A stretch of 64,000 nt of DNA, taken from NCBI GenBank assembly GCA_965246885.1, contig OZ251992.1, positions 1,920,001 through 1,984,000 on the forward strand. Reading direction: 5' to 3'. A program made the position numbers and the translations under genes. Shown here in pieces: positions 29,247-38,460 of this stretch (the first letter of the stretch is position 1; the number at the start of each line of letters is the position of its first letter). The notes under the pieces are model-generated. The model searched no databases. It was not told where the DNA came from and was given only the letters and a program-made list of their open reading frames with translations. This stretch comes from Abditibacterium sp. GTDB lineage: Bacteria > Armatimonadota > Abditibacteriia > Abditibacteriales > Abditibacteriaceae.

Positions 29247-29274
29247 GGATTACGAACCAAAGTAATCGTAACAC
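29247..29274. promoter_or_regulatory. Putative NikR operator
   Basis: 28-bp pseudo-palindrome GGATTACGA-N10-TCGTAACAC (minus strand GTGTTA-N16-TAATCC), same span as the E. coli NikR site GTATGA-N16-TCATAC; between nikR and the DUF1559 start. Confidence 0.65.
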
Positions 29275-29303
29275 ATCTCATGCCATGCGGGGGCGAACGT
29301 TTC

Positions 29304-29768
29304 TTATTCCTGAGCGGAGTTTGCATCGCTCTCTCCAATGACGGTAACTGTTAATCGCCCATGCTCTACACCCTTGGTTCCAATCAGCGCGTCGGACAGA
29401 AAGCGGATGCGGTGGGCGTCGCCGCGCACCACCAAGACTTCGAGGCAGTTGCCGCCGTCCAAGTGAACGTGCAATGTGGACACGATAAGGTCGGCGCAGT
29501 CGTGCTGCACGTCGGTAAGGGTGCGCTGTAGCTGCGGCTTGTGGTGGTCAAAGAGGAGGGTGATGGTTCCGGCGATGACCCCGCCGCTTTCCTTGTGATG
29601 CTCGACCAAGTGCGCGCGGATCATGTCCGCCAAGGCGAGCGAGCGGTTCGAGTAGCCCTTTTGCAGCACCATCGTATCGAGTTCGCGGGCCAAGGCCGCC
29701 GGAAGCGACACACTAAAACGCACTGCGCCTTCGTTGGGGATGCGGGAGTTGTGGTGGTGAGAAGCCAT
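29304..29768 (-). CDS. nikR: Nickel-responsive transcriptional regulator
   Basis: RHH strand RFSVSL, GYSNRS, Ni ligands in DHH, HVHL, NCLEV; KGVEHG. Confidence 0.93.
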   Translation of the reverse strand: MASHHHNSRIPNEGAVRFSVSLPAALARELDTMVLQKGYSNRSLALADMIRAHLVEHHKESGGVIAGTITLLFDHHKPQLQRTLTDVQHDCADLIVSTLHVHLDGGNCLEVLVVRGDAHRIRFLSDALIGTKGVEHGRLTVTVIGESDANSAQE

Positions 29769-29817
29769 ATTGCTCCAAGTAAAGCGTTCCCGGCCCCGGC
29801 GGACGAAAAAATAACCT

Positions 29818-29990
29818 GCGCCATTCATCGGCGCGGCCCGGTGAACGGTTGGCGCGACCGCGCCATTCGTTGGCGTGACCGCGCCATTCGTTGGCGCGGC
29901 CCGGTAAACGGTTGGCGTGACCGCGCCATTCGTTGGCGCGGCCCGGTAAACGGTTGGCGTGACCGCGCCATTGACTGGCGCGGCCCGGTG
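29818..29990. repeat. 21-bp tandem array with 42-bp higher-order alternation (8 units)
   Basis: GCGCCATTCGTTGGCGCGGCC alternating with CGGTAAACGGTTGGCGTGACC. Confidence 0.9.
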
Positions 29991-30038
29991 AGTGAGTCGC
30001 CGACGCCTCTCGGCGTGTGCGCGGCCAAACTGAAAGGC

Positions 30039-31862
30039 GTGCCGCCTTCCCAACTTCCGCCCGCGAAGAAACCGCCCTCACCCGCGACACTGCGCCGCGT
30101 CGTCGCGCTGTTTGGCGCTTACAAACCGTATCTCGTCGGAATTTGCCTGCTTGTGCTCAGTTCAGCGTTAGTGGGGCTACTCGCGCCGTTTTATCTGCGC
30201 TCGCTCATCAACGACGGGTTGCAACAGAAGAACTTGGCGGTCGTGTCGCACTACACGCTGCTGACGCTCGTCGTGACCATCGGCTCGACCGGATTGGCAT
30301 TGGGCTACGGCTACTTGTCGTTGCTTGTCGGGCAACAGCTAATGCGCGACCTACGCAATCAATTGAACAGCCACTTGCAGGGGATGTCGCTCCGTTTCTG
30401 GACGGGAACGCGCACGGGCGAGGTGCAATCGCGCCTGGTATCGGACGTCGGCGGCGTGCAAAACGTGCTGTCCGACACCGCCGCGAGCGTGCTTTCCAAC
30501 GTTGCGACGGTGCTCTCGACGCTTGTAGCGATGATCTACATGGACTGGCGGCTCACCCTCCTGTCCGTTGGCATCCTGCCGTTCTTCGCGTTTGTGGCGT
30601 TCAAGGTCGGGGACATGTCGCGCGGCTTACGCACGCAAAACCAGAAGCTACTGGCTGATTTGAACTCGACGATGAGCGAAACCCTCTCGGTATCGGGGGT
30701 GCTCTTGTCGAAAACGAATGGGCGCCGCGCGCTGACGGCACAAAAGTTCGCGCGCGAGAACGAGGCGCTTACGCAAGTCGGGCTAAAGTTGGCGATGCTG
30801 ATGCGCGTCTTCTTCAACCTGATAGGACTGAGTTTCTCCCTCACCCCGGCCCTTGTGTATTGGCTGGCGGGCTGGTTGTCCACGCAAGGAAGCGCTGCTC
30901 TTTCTATTGGCACCATCGTCGCGTTTTCGTCGCTGCAAGCGCGGCTCTTTTTCCCGCTCACCTCGCTCTTGAACGTGCAAGTCGAAGTGAACTCGGCGCT
31001 CGCGCTGTTTGACCGTATCTTCGAGTACCTCGATTTGCCCCAAGAAATCACCGACGCGCCCGACGCGGTCGAGCTTTTCCCGGAGCAAGTGCGCGGGCAG
31101 GTCGAGTTCCGCGACGTGTCGTTCTCCTACGATGCAGGGCAGGAGCGCCCGACGCTGCATGAAGTCAGCTTAGTCGCGCGACCGGGCGAACAGATAGCGC
31201 TGGTCGGCCCGTCGGGTTCGGGGAAAACGACGATGACGTATCTGCTGTCGCGCTTATACGATGTGACGGGCGGCGCCATTGAGATAGATGGGCGCGACCT
31301 GCGGCACATAAAACTCGACTCGCTCGGTCAAATCATCGGGGTCGTGACGCAGGAGAGCTTTCTTCTGCACGACACCATCCGGGAGAATCTGCGCTACGCC
31401 CGCCCCGATGCGACGGACGCGCAGTTAGAAGAGGCAGCCCGCGCCGCCGCGATTCACGACTTCATCGCCGCTTTGCCGGACGGCTATGACACGGTGGTGG
31501 GCGAGCGGGGCACGAAGCTGTCCGGCGGCCAAAAGCAGCGCGTCGCCATCGCCCGCGCCATCCTGAAGAACCCGCCGATTTTGGTGTTGGACGAAGCGAC
31601 GTCGGCGCTCGACACCCAAAGTGAGCGCCTGATTCAAGAGGCTCTGGCGCGGCTGTCCAGTGGGCGAACGACCTTTGCCATCGCGCACCGCTTGTCAACG
31701 GTGCTGAACGCCGATCAGATTTTAGTGTTGGAAGCCGGGGAAGTGGTGGAGCGCGGCACGCACGCGGAGCTATTGGCGCTGGGCGGGGCCTATGCGCGCT
31801 TGTACGCGGCGCAATTTGAGGGTGAAGCCGAGGAAGTCGAGGTCTCGACTTCCTCGACGTAG
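30039..31862 (+). CDS. ABC exporter permease/ATP-binding protein
   Basis: TMD with RTGEVQSRL, NBD GPSGSGKTT, LSGGQKQR, LDEATSALD; GTG start re-picked. Confidence 0.9.
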   Translation: MPPSQLPPAKKPPSPATLRRVVALFGAYKPYLVGICLLVLSSALVGLLAPFYLRSLINDGLQQKNLAVVSHYTLLTLVVTIGSTGLALGYGYLSLLVGQQLMRDLRNQLNSHLQGMSLRFWTGTRTGEVQSRLVSDVGGVQNVLSDTAASVLSNVATVLSTLVAMIYMDWRLTLLSVGILPFFAFVAFKVGDMSRGLRTQNQKLLADLNSTMSETLSVSGVLLSKTNGRRALTAQKFARENEALTQVGLKLAMLMRVFFNLIGLSFSLTPALVYWLAGWLSTQGSAALSIGTIVAFSSLQARLFFPLTSLLNVQVEVNSALALFDRIFEYLDLPQEITDAPDAVELFPEQVRGQVEFRDVSFSYDAGQERPTLHEVSLVARPGEQIALVGPSGSGKTTMTYLLSRLYDVTGGAIEIDGRDLRHIKLDSLGQIIGVVTQESFLLHDTIRENLRYARPDATDAQLEEAARAAAIHDFIAALPDGYDTVVGERGTKLSGGQKQRVAIARAILKNPPILVLDEATSALDTQSERLIQEALARLSSGRTTFAIAHRLSTVLNADQILVLEAGEVVERGTHAELLALGGAYARLYAAQFEGEAEEVEVSTSST

Positions 31863-31882
31863 GGGAGGGGTGGAAGGTTGCC

Positions 31883-32983
31883 TCATGTTGCTGGCGCCGG
31901 GGCACCTGCCGTTGCGTCGGTGCGGCGCAGCATTTGGCGCAATTCCGAGCGGTTTCCAGCGTATTCGAGGGCTTTTTCCTCGCTGATTTTGCCCGCCGCG
32001 TAGTGCTTTTCGAGAGCCATGTTCATGGTTTGCATCTTCCATTGCGGCCCGCCTTCCTTGATGGCTTGGTAGATTTGCCCGGTGCGGCCCTCCTCGATGT
32101 ATTGCGCGACTGTCGGACTAACGTTGAGGATTTCCAAGGCGCAGGCGCGGCCTTTGCCGTCTACGGTGGGAACCAGCTTTTGCGACATGATGGCGCGCAG
32201 GGCCTTGGCCATGCGTTGCTGGACGAGTTCCTTTTCGTGCGGCTGAAACATGGACAGGATGCGCTCCATTGATTCCGCCGCGCTGGGAGTGTGGAGCGTC
32301 GAAAAGACCAAGTGACCGGTTTCGGCGGCTTGGAGGCAGATGCCCATCGTTTCGGCGTCGCGTAGTTCCCCCACGAGGATAACGTCCGGCGCTTCGCGTA
32401 GCGCGGCGCGCAGAGCGGCGGCGAAGGACTTGGTGTCGAGGCCGACCTCGCGTTGCGAGACAAAGCAACCCCGGTCTTGGTAGACGTATTCGACGGGGTC
32501 TTCGATGGTAACGATGTGCCCTTTGCGCTCGGCGTTGATGAGGTCGAGCATCGCCGCAAGCGTGGTGGACTTGCCCGAACCTGTTGCGCCCGTCACGATG
32601 ACGAGGCCATCTTTATAGCGGGTAAAATCGGCCAGCACTTCGGGCAAGCCCAACTCGTCGAACTGGCGTATCTTCAGGTTCACGACGCGCAGCACAAGGC
32701 CATAGCCGCCCTTGACTTTGTAGATGTTAACGCGAAAGCGCGCGACATCGGGGATGTTGTACGACACGTCGTGGTCGGGGTTGTCTTGGAACGCCTCGAA
32801 CTTGGCGGGGGTCATGAAGCTCTTCACGACCGGCTCCAAGTCTTCGTGCGAAAGGGCGGGGTGGTCGAGTTTGCGCAGCGAGGAGTTGATCTTGACGGCG
32901 GGCGAGGCGCCCTCTTTCAGGAAAATATCGGACGCGCCCGCTTGCGAGGCGAAGCGGCATAAGCCCTCGAAATCAAAAGCCAT
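31883..32983 (-). CDS. pilT: Type IV pilus retraction ATPase PilT/PilU family
   Basis: ASDI, RFRVN, GATGSGKSTT, TIEDPVE, QREVG, PDVILVGELRD, AETGHLVFSTLH, MQTMN. Confidence 0.88.
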   Translation of the reverse strand: MAFDFEGLCRFASQAGASDIFLKEGASPAVKINSSLRKLDHPALSHEDLEPVVKSFMTPAKFEAFQDNPDHDVSYNIPDVARFRVNIYKVKGGYGLVLRVVNLKIRQFDELGLPEVLADFTRYKDGLVIVTGATGSGKSTTLAAMLDLINAERKGHIVTIEDPVEYVYQDRGCFVSQREVGLDTKSFAAALRAALREAPDVILVGELRDAETMGICLQAAETGHLVFSTLHTPSAAESMERILSMFQPHEKELVQQRMAKALRAIMSQKLVPTVDGKGRACALEILNVSPTVAQYIEEGRTGQIYQAIKEGGPQWKMQTMNMALEKHYAAGKISEEKALEYAGNRSELRQMLRRTDATAGAPAPAT

Positions 32984-33012
32984 AATGAAGGTAGCAGTGT
33001 CCCAAACCGCGC

Positions 33013-33489
33013 TTACGAAGTGCCAGAAATGCGCCCGCGTTGCCAAGACAACCACGCACCCGCGCCGATAAGGGCGACCGAGAGTAGTGCCAATATCCAC
33101 GTGAGCGGGGAGTCAGGCGCATCGGCCAAGCGGACACCCGCCGCGAGCGCGCTTTGAAGGGTGAAGTGTTTAGCCAAAAGCGTCAAAAACGCGCAAAACC
33201 AGCCCGCGCCCGACAGGATAAGCCCCAAGTCAAACAAGGGCCGCACCCGAAGCGCGCCAAAGCCAAACCACAGCGCGAGGGCAAGCGGGATGGGCGTCAT
33301 TAAGACGTAAGCGCGTTCGGCGGGAACGCTTCCGCTCGCCAAGCCAAGGCCAGTCACGATGGAAAAGGTGAACAGGCCAGTCGCCAGAGCGATGAGGGCG
33401 TAGTTGAAGTTCGCTTCTTCGCGGACAGTGGGGCGCGGCGCGGGCGGGCGGGCGGGCGCACCGTTGGGATCGTTTGGCGCAAGCAACAC
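33013..33489 (-). CDS. Hypothetical 4-TM membrane protein
   Basis: Four hydrophobic helices, fills the gap upstream of pilT. Confidence 0.6.
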   Translation of the reverse strand: MLLAPNDPNGAPARPPAPRPTVREEANFNYALIALATGLFTFSIVTGLGLASGSVPAERAYVLMTPIPLALALWFGFGALRVRPLFDLGLILSGAGWFCAFLTLLAKHFTLQSALAAGVRLADAPDSPLTWILALLSVALIGAGAWLSWQRGRISGTS

Positions 33490-33516
33490 GCTTTAATCTT
33501 AATCCAACTGGCGGAC

Positions 33517-33643
33517 GACTGCTTGCGAGCGAATCAATTCGCAGCCAGCGAGGTCGTCGGCCTTCGCCGACAAGGTGGCAACTACTGCGTCGGCGAAGGC
33601 CGACGACCTCGCTGGCTGCGAATTGATTCGCTCGCAAGCAGTC
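33517..33643. repeat. REPIN-like perfect inverted repeat, 55-bp arms, 17-nt loop
   Basis: 33517-33571 is the exact reverse complement of 33589-33643; arms contain GCGAATCAATTCGC and GTCGGCCTTCGCCGAC hairpins. Confidence 0.9.
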
Positions 33644-33655
33644 AGACTTCCCCTG

Positions 33656-34951
33656 ATGTTTCCCCGCGTCCTCCCCGCGTTTGTCCTGCTCCTTGCAGGG
33701 GTGCTACCGTCAGCCGCTCAGCCGCTCCCTGACCGTGCCCCGGTGCGCGGCGCGGTCGTGGACGAGGCGGGGCACCCTGTTGCGGCGGCGGTGCTCACCA
33801 TTCGGCGCCAAGACGACTCCGGTGTGGCGGCGTTCTGGGGCGGGGAAGCGCTCACGGGCGCAGATGGGCAGTTCGGCTTCCCGCGCGCCGAGGTCGGGCA
33901 CTATTTTGTGAACGTCGAAGCGCCGGGGTTCGCGCCGCTTTACAACTTTCCCCTCGACTGGGATGCCGCTTCACCGTCGCCGCGCCTCGAACTGCATCAC
34001 TTGACGCGGCTCACGTTGCGCGTCTTGGCGCCCGATGGAAACCCGCTCGTCGGGGCGCCGCTTTACATCCGCGCGCGGAGCGGAGAGGGCGCGCTCACGT
34101 CGGTGCGGCCCGTCACCGATGCGGCGGGGCAAGTGGCTTTGGCGGATTTGGCGCCCTCGACGTATTCCTTGGTCGTCGTGGCGCAAAGCGGGCTGGCGGT
34201 GAATAACGCGCTTGTCGTCGGGGCGGGAACGGCGCCCGCGCCCGTTGAAGTCAAACTCCGCGCGGGTGCATCGCTGCGGGTCACGGCTAAGGATGCCGAA
34301 GACATTCCGTTGGGCGGCGCGGCACTCATTCTATTCGCGCAAACCCCCGAAGAAGCGGCGCGCTTGGGCGGGCAGGGCGCTGACGCAAGCGACAACTGGG
34401 CCTCGGTCGCGGCGGGCGCGGCGCCGCAAGCGATTATAACCAGCGAGCACGAAGGCACCTTGACGCTGCCTCATCTGCCACCGGGCCACTACACGGCGCG
34501 GCTAACCCTCCCCGATTACGGCACGCAGTCGCGCGATGTGACGCTTTCGGAAGGCGCGCCGACGGTGTGGGAAGCGCACTTCGACGCCAAGTCGAGAACC
34601 CCTGTGACCTGCTTGATCGTGGATGGCGCGGGGAAGCCCGTTGCGAACACTTTTGTAGCGTTGCGGATGTTAGCGCTTTTGCCGGATGGGACGTTTGGCA
34701 CCCCTGCCCCCGACCCGAACACCCCGGCGGATGTCCCGCTCGACTCGGCCTCGAACGGCGCGCGCGTGGGGCGAACGGATGCGAAAGGGGTGTTGTCGCT
34801 GTACCCGGTGCACGCGGGCAAATACCGCGTGTGGGCGTCGCGTCCGACGCCAGACGCTTGGCTGCGCGCCCCGGTTGCACCCGAAGGCCCCCCGATTGAT
34901 GTGGTTATAGGCCCGAAGGGAACATACTACGCGCGTCTGCAAGTGCCATGA
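33656..34951 (+). CDS. Secreted carboxypeptidase-regulatory-like repeat (beta-sandwich) protein
   Basis: Signal peptide; repeated G.VVD..G.PV.GA and TD..G.F motifs. Confidence 0.75.
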   Translation: MFPRVLPAFVLLLAGVLPSAAQPLPDRAPVRGAVVDEAGHPVAAAVLTIRRQDDSGVAAFWGGEALTGADGQFGFPRAEVGHYFVNVEAPGFAPLYNFPLDWDAASPSPRLELHHLTRLTLRVLAPDGNPLVGAPLYIRARSGEGALTSVRPVTDAAGQVALADLAPSTYSLVVVAQSGLAVNNALVVGAGTAPAPVEVKLRAGASLRVTAKDAEDIPLGGAALILFAQTPEEAARLGGQGADASDNWASVAAGAAPQAIITSEHEGTLTLPHLPPGHYTARLTLPDYGTQSRDVTLSEGAPTVWEAHFDAKSRTPVTCLIVDGAGKPVANTFVALRMLALLPDGTFGTPAPDPNTPADVPLDSASNGARVGRTDAKGVLSLYPVHAGKYRVWASRPTPDAWLRAPVAPEGPPIDVVIGPKGTYYARLQVP

Positions 34952-35316
34952 AAACTCTCGCCATTCACAATCCCGCGCGCGGCAACACCCTCTGCCCCCG
35001 CGCCGCTCTCGCGGATAACTTCTGGACGCGCGGCAGGGGCTTATTGGGCCGCGCTTCGCTCGACCCCAATGAGGGCATTTTGCTCGTGCCGGGAAGTTCC
35101 ATCCACATGTTCGGCATGAAGTTCTCGCTCGATGTCGTGTTCCTCACCCAAGACCACATCGTGACCGACTTCGTCGAGAACATCGCCCCCGGCAAAGCCC
35201 ACATCGCCCGCTCTAACGCCGGAAAGCCGCATTCGGCTCTCGAACTGCCCGTTGGAAGTGTCGCACGGTGCGGCGTGCAACTGGGAGATCAGTTGGTGTT
35301 GGAGGAAGTCGCGTAG
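34948..35316 (+). CDS. DUF192 family protein
   Basis: ADNFWTRGRGLLGR, SIHMFGMKFSLDVVFL, ALELP. Confidence 0.85.
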   Translation: MKTLAIHNPARGNTLCPRAALADNFWTRGRGLLGRASLDPNEGILLVPGSSIHMFGMKFSLDVVFLTQDHIVTDFVENIAPGKAHIARSNAGKPHSALELPVGSVARCGVQLGDQLVLEEVA

Positions 35317-35337
35317 CGGGTTGGCGCGCTTTCCCTT

Positions 35338-36522
35338 ATGAAAATCGCCTTTTTCTGCGACGCTTACTTGCCCACGAAGAACGGCGTGGCGGCTTCGGCG
35401 CGCACGACCGCGCAGGAACTTCGCGCGCGCGGGCACCGCGTCGTCATCTACGCGCCGCGCTACCTCGACTACGAGGACGACGACCCCGATGTCGTGCGCT
35501 TCGCGTCCGGTCATTGGGCCAAAGCGCGCGATTACCCCGTCGCGTTTCCCTTTTTGTCGCGCGTCTCGCCCCGCACCGCTCTCCGGTTCGCCCGCGAAAA
35601 ATTCGACTTGGTGCATGTCCATTCCCCTTTCGTGTTGGGCAATCTGGGCGCGCACTGGGCGCAGTTCCACTACCTGCCGCTCGTGTGGACGTTCCACACC
35701 CTCTATCACCACTACGCCCACTACTCGGTCGCGCCGCCCGAAACCTCGCGGGCGTATATTTTGTGGCGCATCCAACGGATGCTCCACAAGTGCGACCGCG
35801 TCATTGCTCCGTCCAACGCCGTCGAGCGCGTGATCTTGCGCTTGTGGCCCGGAGCGCCCACGCGCGTGGTGCCAACGGGCGTGGACGTGCACCGCTTCGC
35901 GGACGGCGACCGCGCGCGCACGCGGCGCAAAGTCGGCATTAACGAGGGCGAAGTCGCGCTCTTGTATGTCGGGCGCTTGGCGTTGGAAAAGAACCTCGGC
36001 TTCCTTTTACGCAGCGTCGCGCCAGTCTTGAAGAACCATCCGGCGAAGTTGGTGTTGGTTGGGGGCGGCCCCACACTTGAAATTTTGCAGCGCCAAGCCG
36101 TCGCGCTGGGCATCGCGGAGCGCGTGGCATTTGTGGGCTTCATCGAGCCGGAGCAGATGAAGGACTACTACGCGATGGCAGATGTGTTTACCTTCGCCTC
36201 GCGCACCGAAACGCAGGGGCTGTCCATCGCGGAAGCGCTGTGCGCGGGGTTGCCGTGCGTGGTGGTGAACGCGATGGGCGCCGCCGAAGCCATCGAGCCG
36301 GGCGAGGATGGCTTTCTGGTGCCGCACCAAGAGCACCGCTTTCGCGCCGCCGTCGAGCAACTGGTGACGCAGCCCGAACTGCGCGCCCGCATGAGCGAGT
36401 GCGCCCGCGCCCGCGCGCCCCGCTTCTCGAAGGAGCGCCGGGTGGGGGAGTTGCTGGCGCTCTACGAGGAAGCCCAGTCCGAAGCGCGCGCCAAGAGCGT
36501 CGAAGATTTCGAGTTGGTGTGA
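35338..36522 (+). CDS. Glycosyltransferase family 4 (glycolipid synthase-like)
   Basis: DAYLPTKNGV, HSPF, TFHT.Y, YVGRLALEKN, ETQGLSIAEA. Confidence 0.88.
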   Translation: MKIAFFCDAYLPTKNGVAASARTTAQELRARGHRVVIYAPRYLDYEDDDPDVVRFASGHWAKARDYPVAFPFLSRVSPRTALRFAREKFDLVHVHSPFVLGNLGAHWAQFHYLPLVWTFHTLYHHYAHYSVAPPETSRAYILWRIQRMLHKCDRVIAPSNAVERVILRLWPGAPTRVVPTGVDVHRFADGDRARTRRKVGINEGEVALLYVGRLALEKNLGFLLRSVAPVLKNHPAKLVLVGGGPTLEILQRQAVALGIAERVAFVGFIEPEQMKDYYAMADVFTFASRTETQGLSIAEALCAGLPCVVVNAMGAAEAIEPGEDGFLVPHQEHRFRAAVEQLVTQPELRARMSECARARAPRFSKERRVGELLALYEEAQSEARAKSVEDFELV

Positions 36523-36530
36523 GTGGGCCG

Positions 36531-38438
36531 TTACCCCGTCTTGCGGCGCGTCCCAACCCACAGCGCGTTCCATGCGCCCAGCGCCAGAAGCGACACGAAC
36601 ACGCCCAGCCGGAACGATTCGGGCGCGTAGCCGCCGTCGCGGAAACCGGGCGCGAACGCTTCGCCGCCCACGCTTCCGATGGTGGTAGGCAGGGCGCGCT
36701 CATACACGGTGCAGCCATCGGCGCTCAGGACGGCGCGCGCGTCGGGCGGAGCGGGTGCGCCTGCGAGAGTGACGATGTAGCGCACGGCGAGCGAGTCGAG
36801 CAGGGTGGGCGAGGGCGTTTGAAGCAAAATCATGTTGCCGTTATATTGGGGCGAAGGGTCGCCGCTCCCATCGCCGGACGCGACGAATTTGCGGTAGTAG
36901 AGCAGCGAGAGGGAGTCGTAGCCGTTGATGTCGTGGATGCCATACACGCTCGCGCCGTTGGGCGGGAGGATGCCGGGTGGGTGCGTGCGCCCGCTTTCTC
37001 CCCGGAATCCCTCGGTGGGCAACCAGCCGCGCTTGTCGGTTTGGAACCAGACGCGGGCTTGGCGGTTGGAGTTGCGGGCGAGGAAGTCGGTCACTTGCGT
37101 GGCGGGATAAATGAGCGCGCGCGGAGCCGTCGGTTGCGAGGCGAAGGCGTTGGCGAAAAGTTCTAAGGCGACGACGGCCAAGGCGAGCGGCGCCACGAGT
37201 GGGGTCTGCAAGCGCGCACGGAGCCAGTCGAGGCCAAAGCCCGCGCACAGCGCGGCGCCCATGCTCCACAACACCAGCGCGCGCCCCGTGCCGCCCATCG
37301 CCGCCACGCCCGGAACGGCGAAGAAGAACAGTTTGGCGACGGGAGTAGCGAGCGCGTACAACAGGCCGAACACCATGAGCGTGAGGGCGTAATAACGCGG
37401 GCGCCGGTGCGACTTCGCGGCGCGCAGAGCGGGTATGGTTAAGAGCGCGAGCAAGCAGACGCCGACGCCGACATAACCGAAGTTCTCGCTGAGTGTGCCC
37501 CAGTTGAGCGGGTTTGGGACGGCGAGGGAGACGAGTTCATTGGGCGCTAAGGCGCGCTGCGCCACGAAGTCCCAGCCCCCCAGTGTTGCCGCGCCCGCCG
37601 CGACACGCGGGGAGTTCTTCGCCAACTCAAGTGTCGGCAGCAGTTGCAACGCGCCCAAGCACAGCGCGAAAAGGAGGGTGCCGATGCCCACCGCCAAGCC
37701 GCGCCAGGTGCGGCGCCCAAACGGTTGGCGCACCGCGAGCGCGAGCAGAATATAGAAGAACACTTGCGCGTGCCCCGCGAGCAGGGCGCATGCGAGACAC
37801 GCCGCAAGGCCAAGCGTCGAGCGCGTGGGCCGCGCGTCCTCGACGGCGCCCTCGTAAAAGAACAAACAAAGCGGCAGCCAGCACGCGGTTTGAAAGAGCG
37901 TCGGGAGCAGCGCCCACGAACTGAGGAACCCGCAAAAGGCGAACGCAGTCGCGCTCACAATAGCCGCCGCGCGCGACATGCCCCACCTGCGCGCGAGTAG
38001 GTAAGTGCCGCCCAAGGCCACGAGAGTCCCCAGCAGGGCCGAGACGCCGAATGCATAGGCGGTGTCGAACACCCAGAAAGGCCAGTTGAGCGGGTAAAAG
38101 ACCGCGCTTTGCGCGTTGGCGAGAAACGGGGTGCCGCCGAACTGGTAGGGGTTCCAGAGGGGAATGATGCCTTTGTGCAACTGCGTCGCGGCGAAGTGGC
38201 GCCAAGGGAAATACTGCGCGAGCGCGTCCCACTGCAAAATCGTCCAAGGCGCGCGCGCGTTGCCGCCGAACGGCGCAAAGCCGCCCAGCATCTCGCCCGG
38301 CAGCAACACGCGCCCGGTAAACAGCACCCGGCTCCAAAACGCGAGGGCGAGACAGAGGAAAATCGCGGCGACGCGCGCGCGGGGTTGGGCGGTGAAAGGT
38401 GAAGCGGCAGAATCGCGCGCGCGCGGGGAGATGGCCAT
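36531..38438 (-). CDS. YfhO-like GT-C membrane protein
   Basis: PLWNPYQFGGTPFLAN.QSAVFYP, LLAGHAQ, QLLPTLE, YVG, GYDS; many TM helices. Confidence 0.75.
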   Translation of the reverse strand: MAISPRARDSAASPFTAQPRARVAAIFLCLALAFWSRVLFTGRVLLPGEMLGGFAPFGGNARAPWTILQWDALAQYFPWRHFAATQLHKGIIPLWNPYQFGGTPFLANAQSAVFYPLNWPFWVFDTAYAFGVSALLGTLVALGGTYLLARRWGMSRAAAIVSATAFAFCGFLSSWALLPTLFQTACWLPLCLFFYEGAVEDARPTRSTLGLAACLACALLAGHAQVFFYILLALAVRQPFGRRTWRGLAVGIGTLLFALCLGALQLLPTLELAKNSPRVAAGAATLGGWDFVAQRALAPNELVSLAVPNPLNWGTLSENFGYVGVGVCLLALLTIPALRAAKSHRRPRYYALTLMVFGLLYALATPVAKLFFFAVPGVAAMGGTGRALVLWSMGAALCAGFGLDWLRARLQTPLVAPLALAVVALELFANAFASQPTAPRALIYPATQVTDFLARNSNRQARVWFQTDKRGWLPTEGFRGESGRTHPPGILPPNGASVYGIHDINGYDSLSLLYYRKFVASGDGSGDPSPQYNGNMILLQTPSPTLLDSLAVRYIVTLAGAPAPPDARAVLSADGCTVYERALPTTIGSVGGEAFAPGFRDGGYAPESFRLGVFVSLLALGAWNALWVGTRRKTG

Positions 38439-38460
38439 ACTTTTGAAAGTTTGCATTTTT

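Noticed and set aside
29541..30053. Extended N-termini of nikR and the ABC exporter through the repeat array
   Set aside because: Frames are open only because the array lacks stops; both genes have better starts outside it
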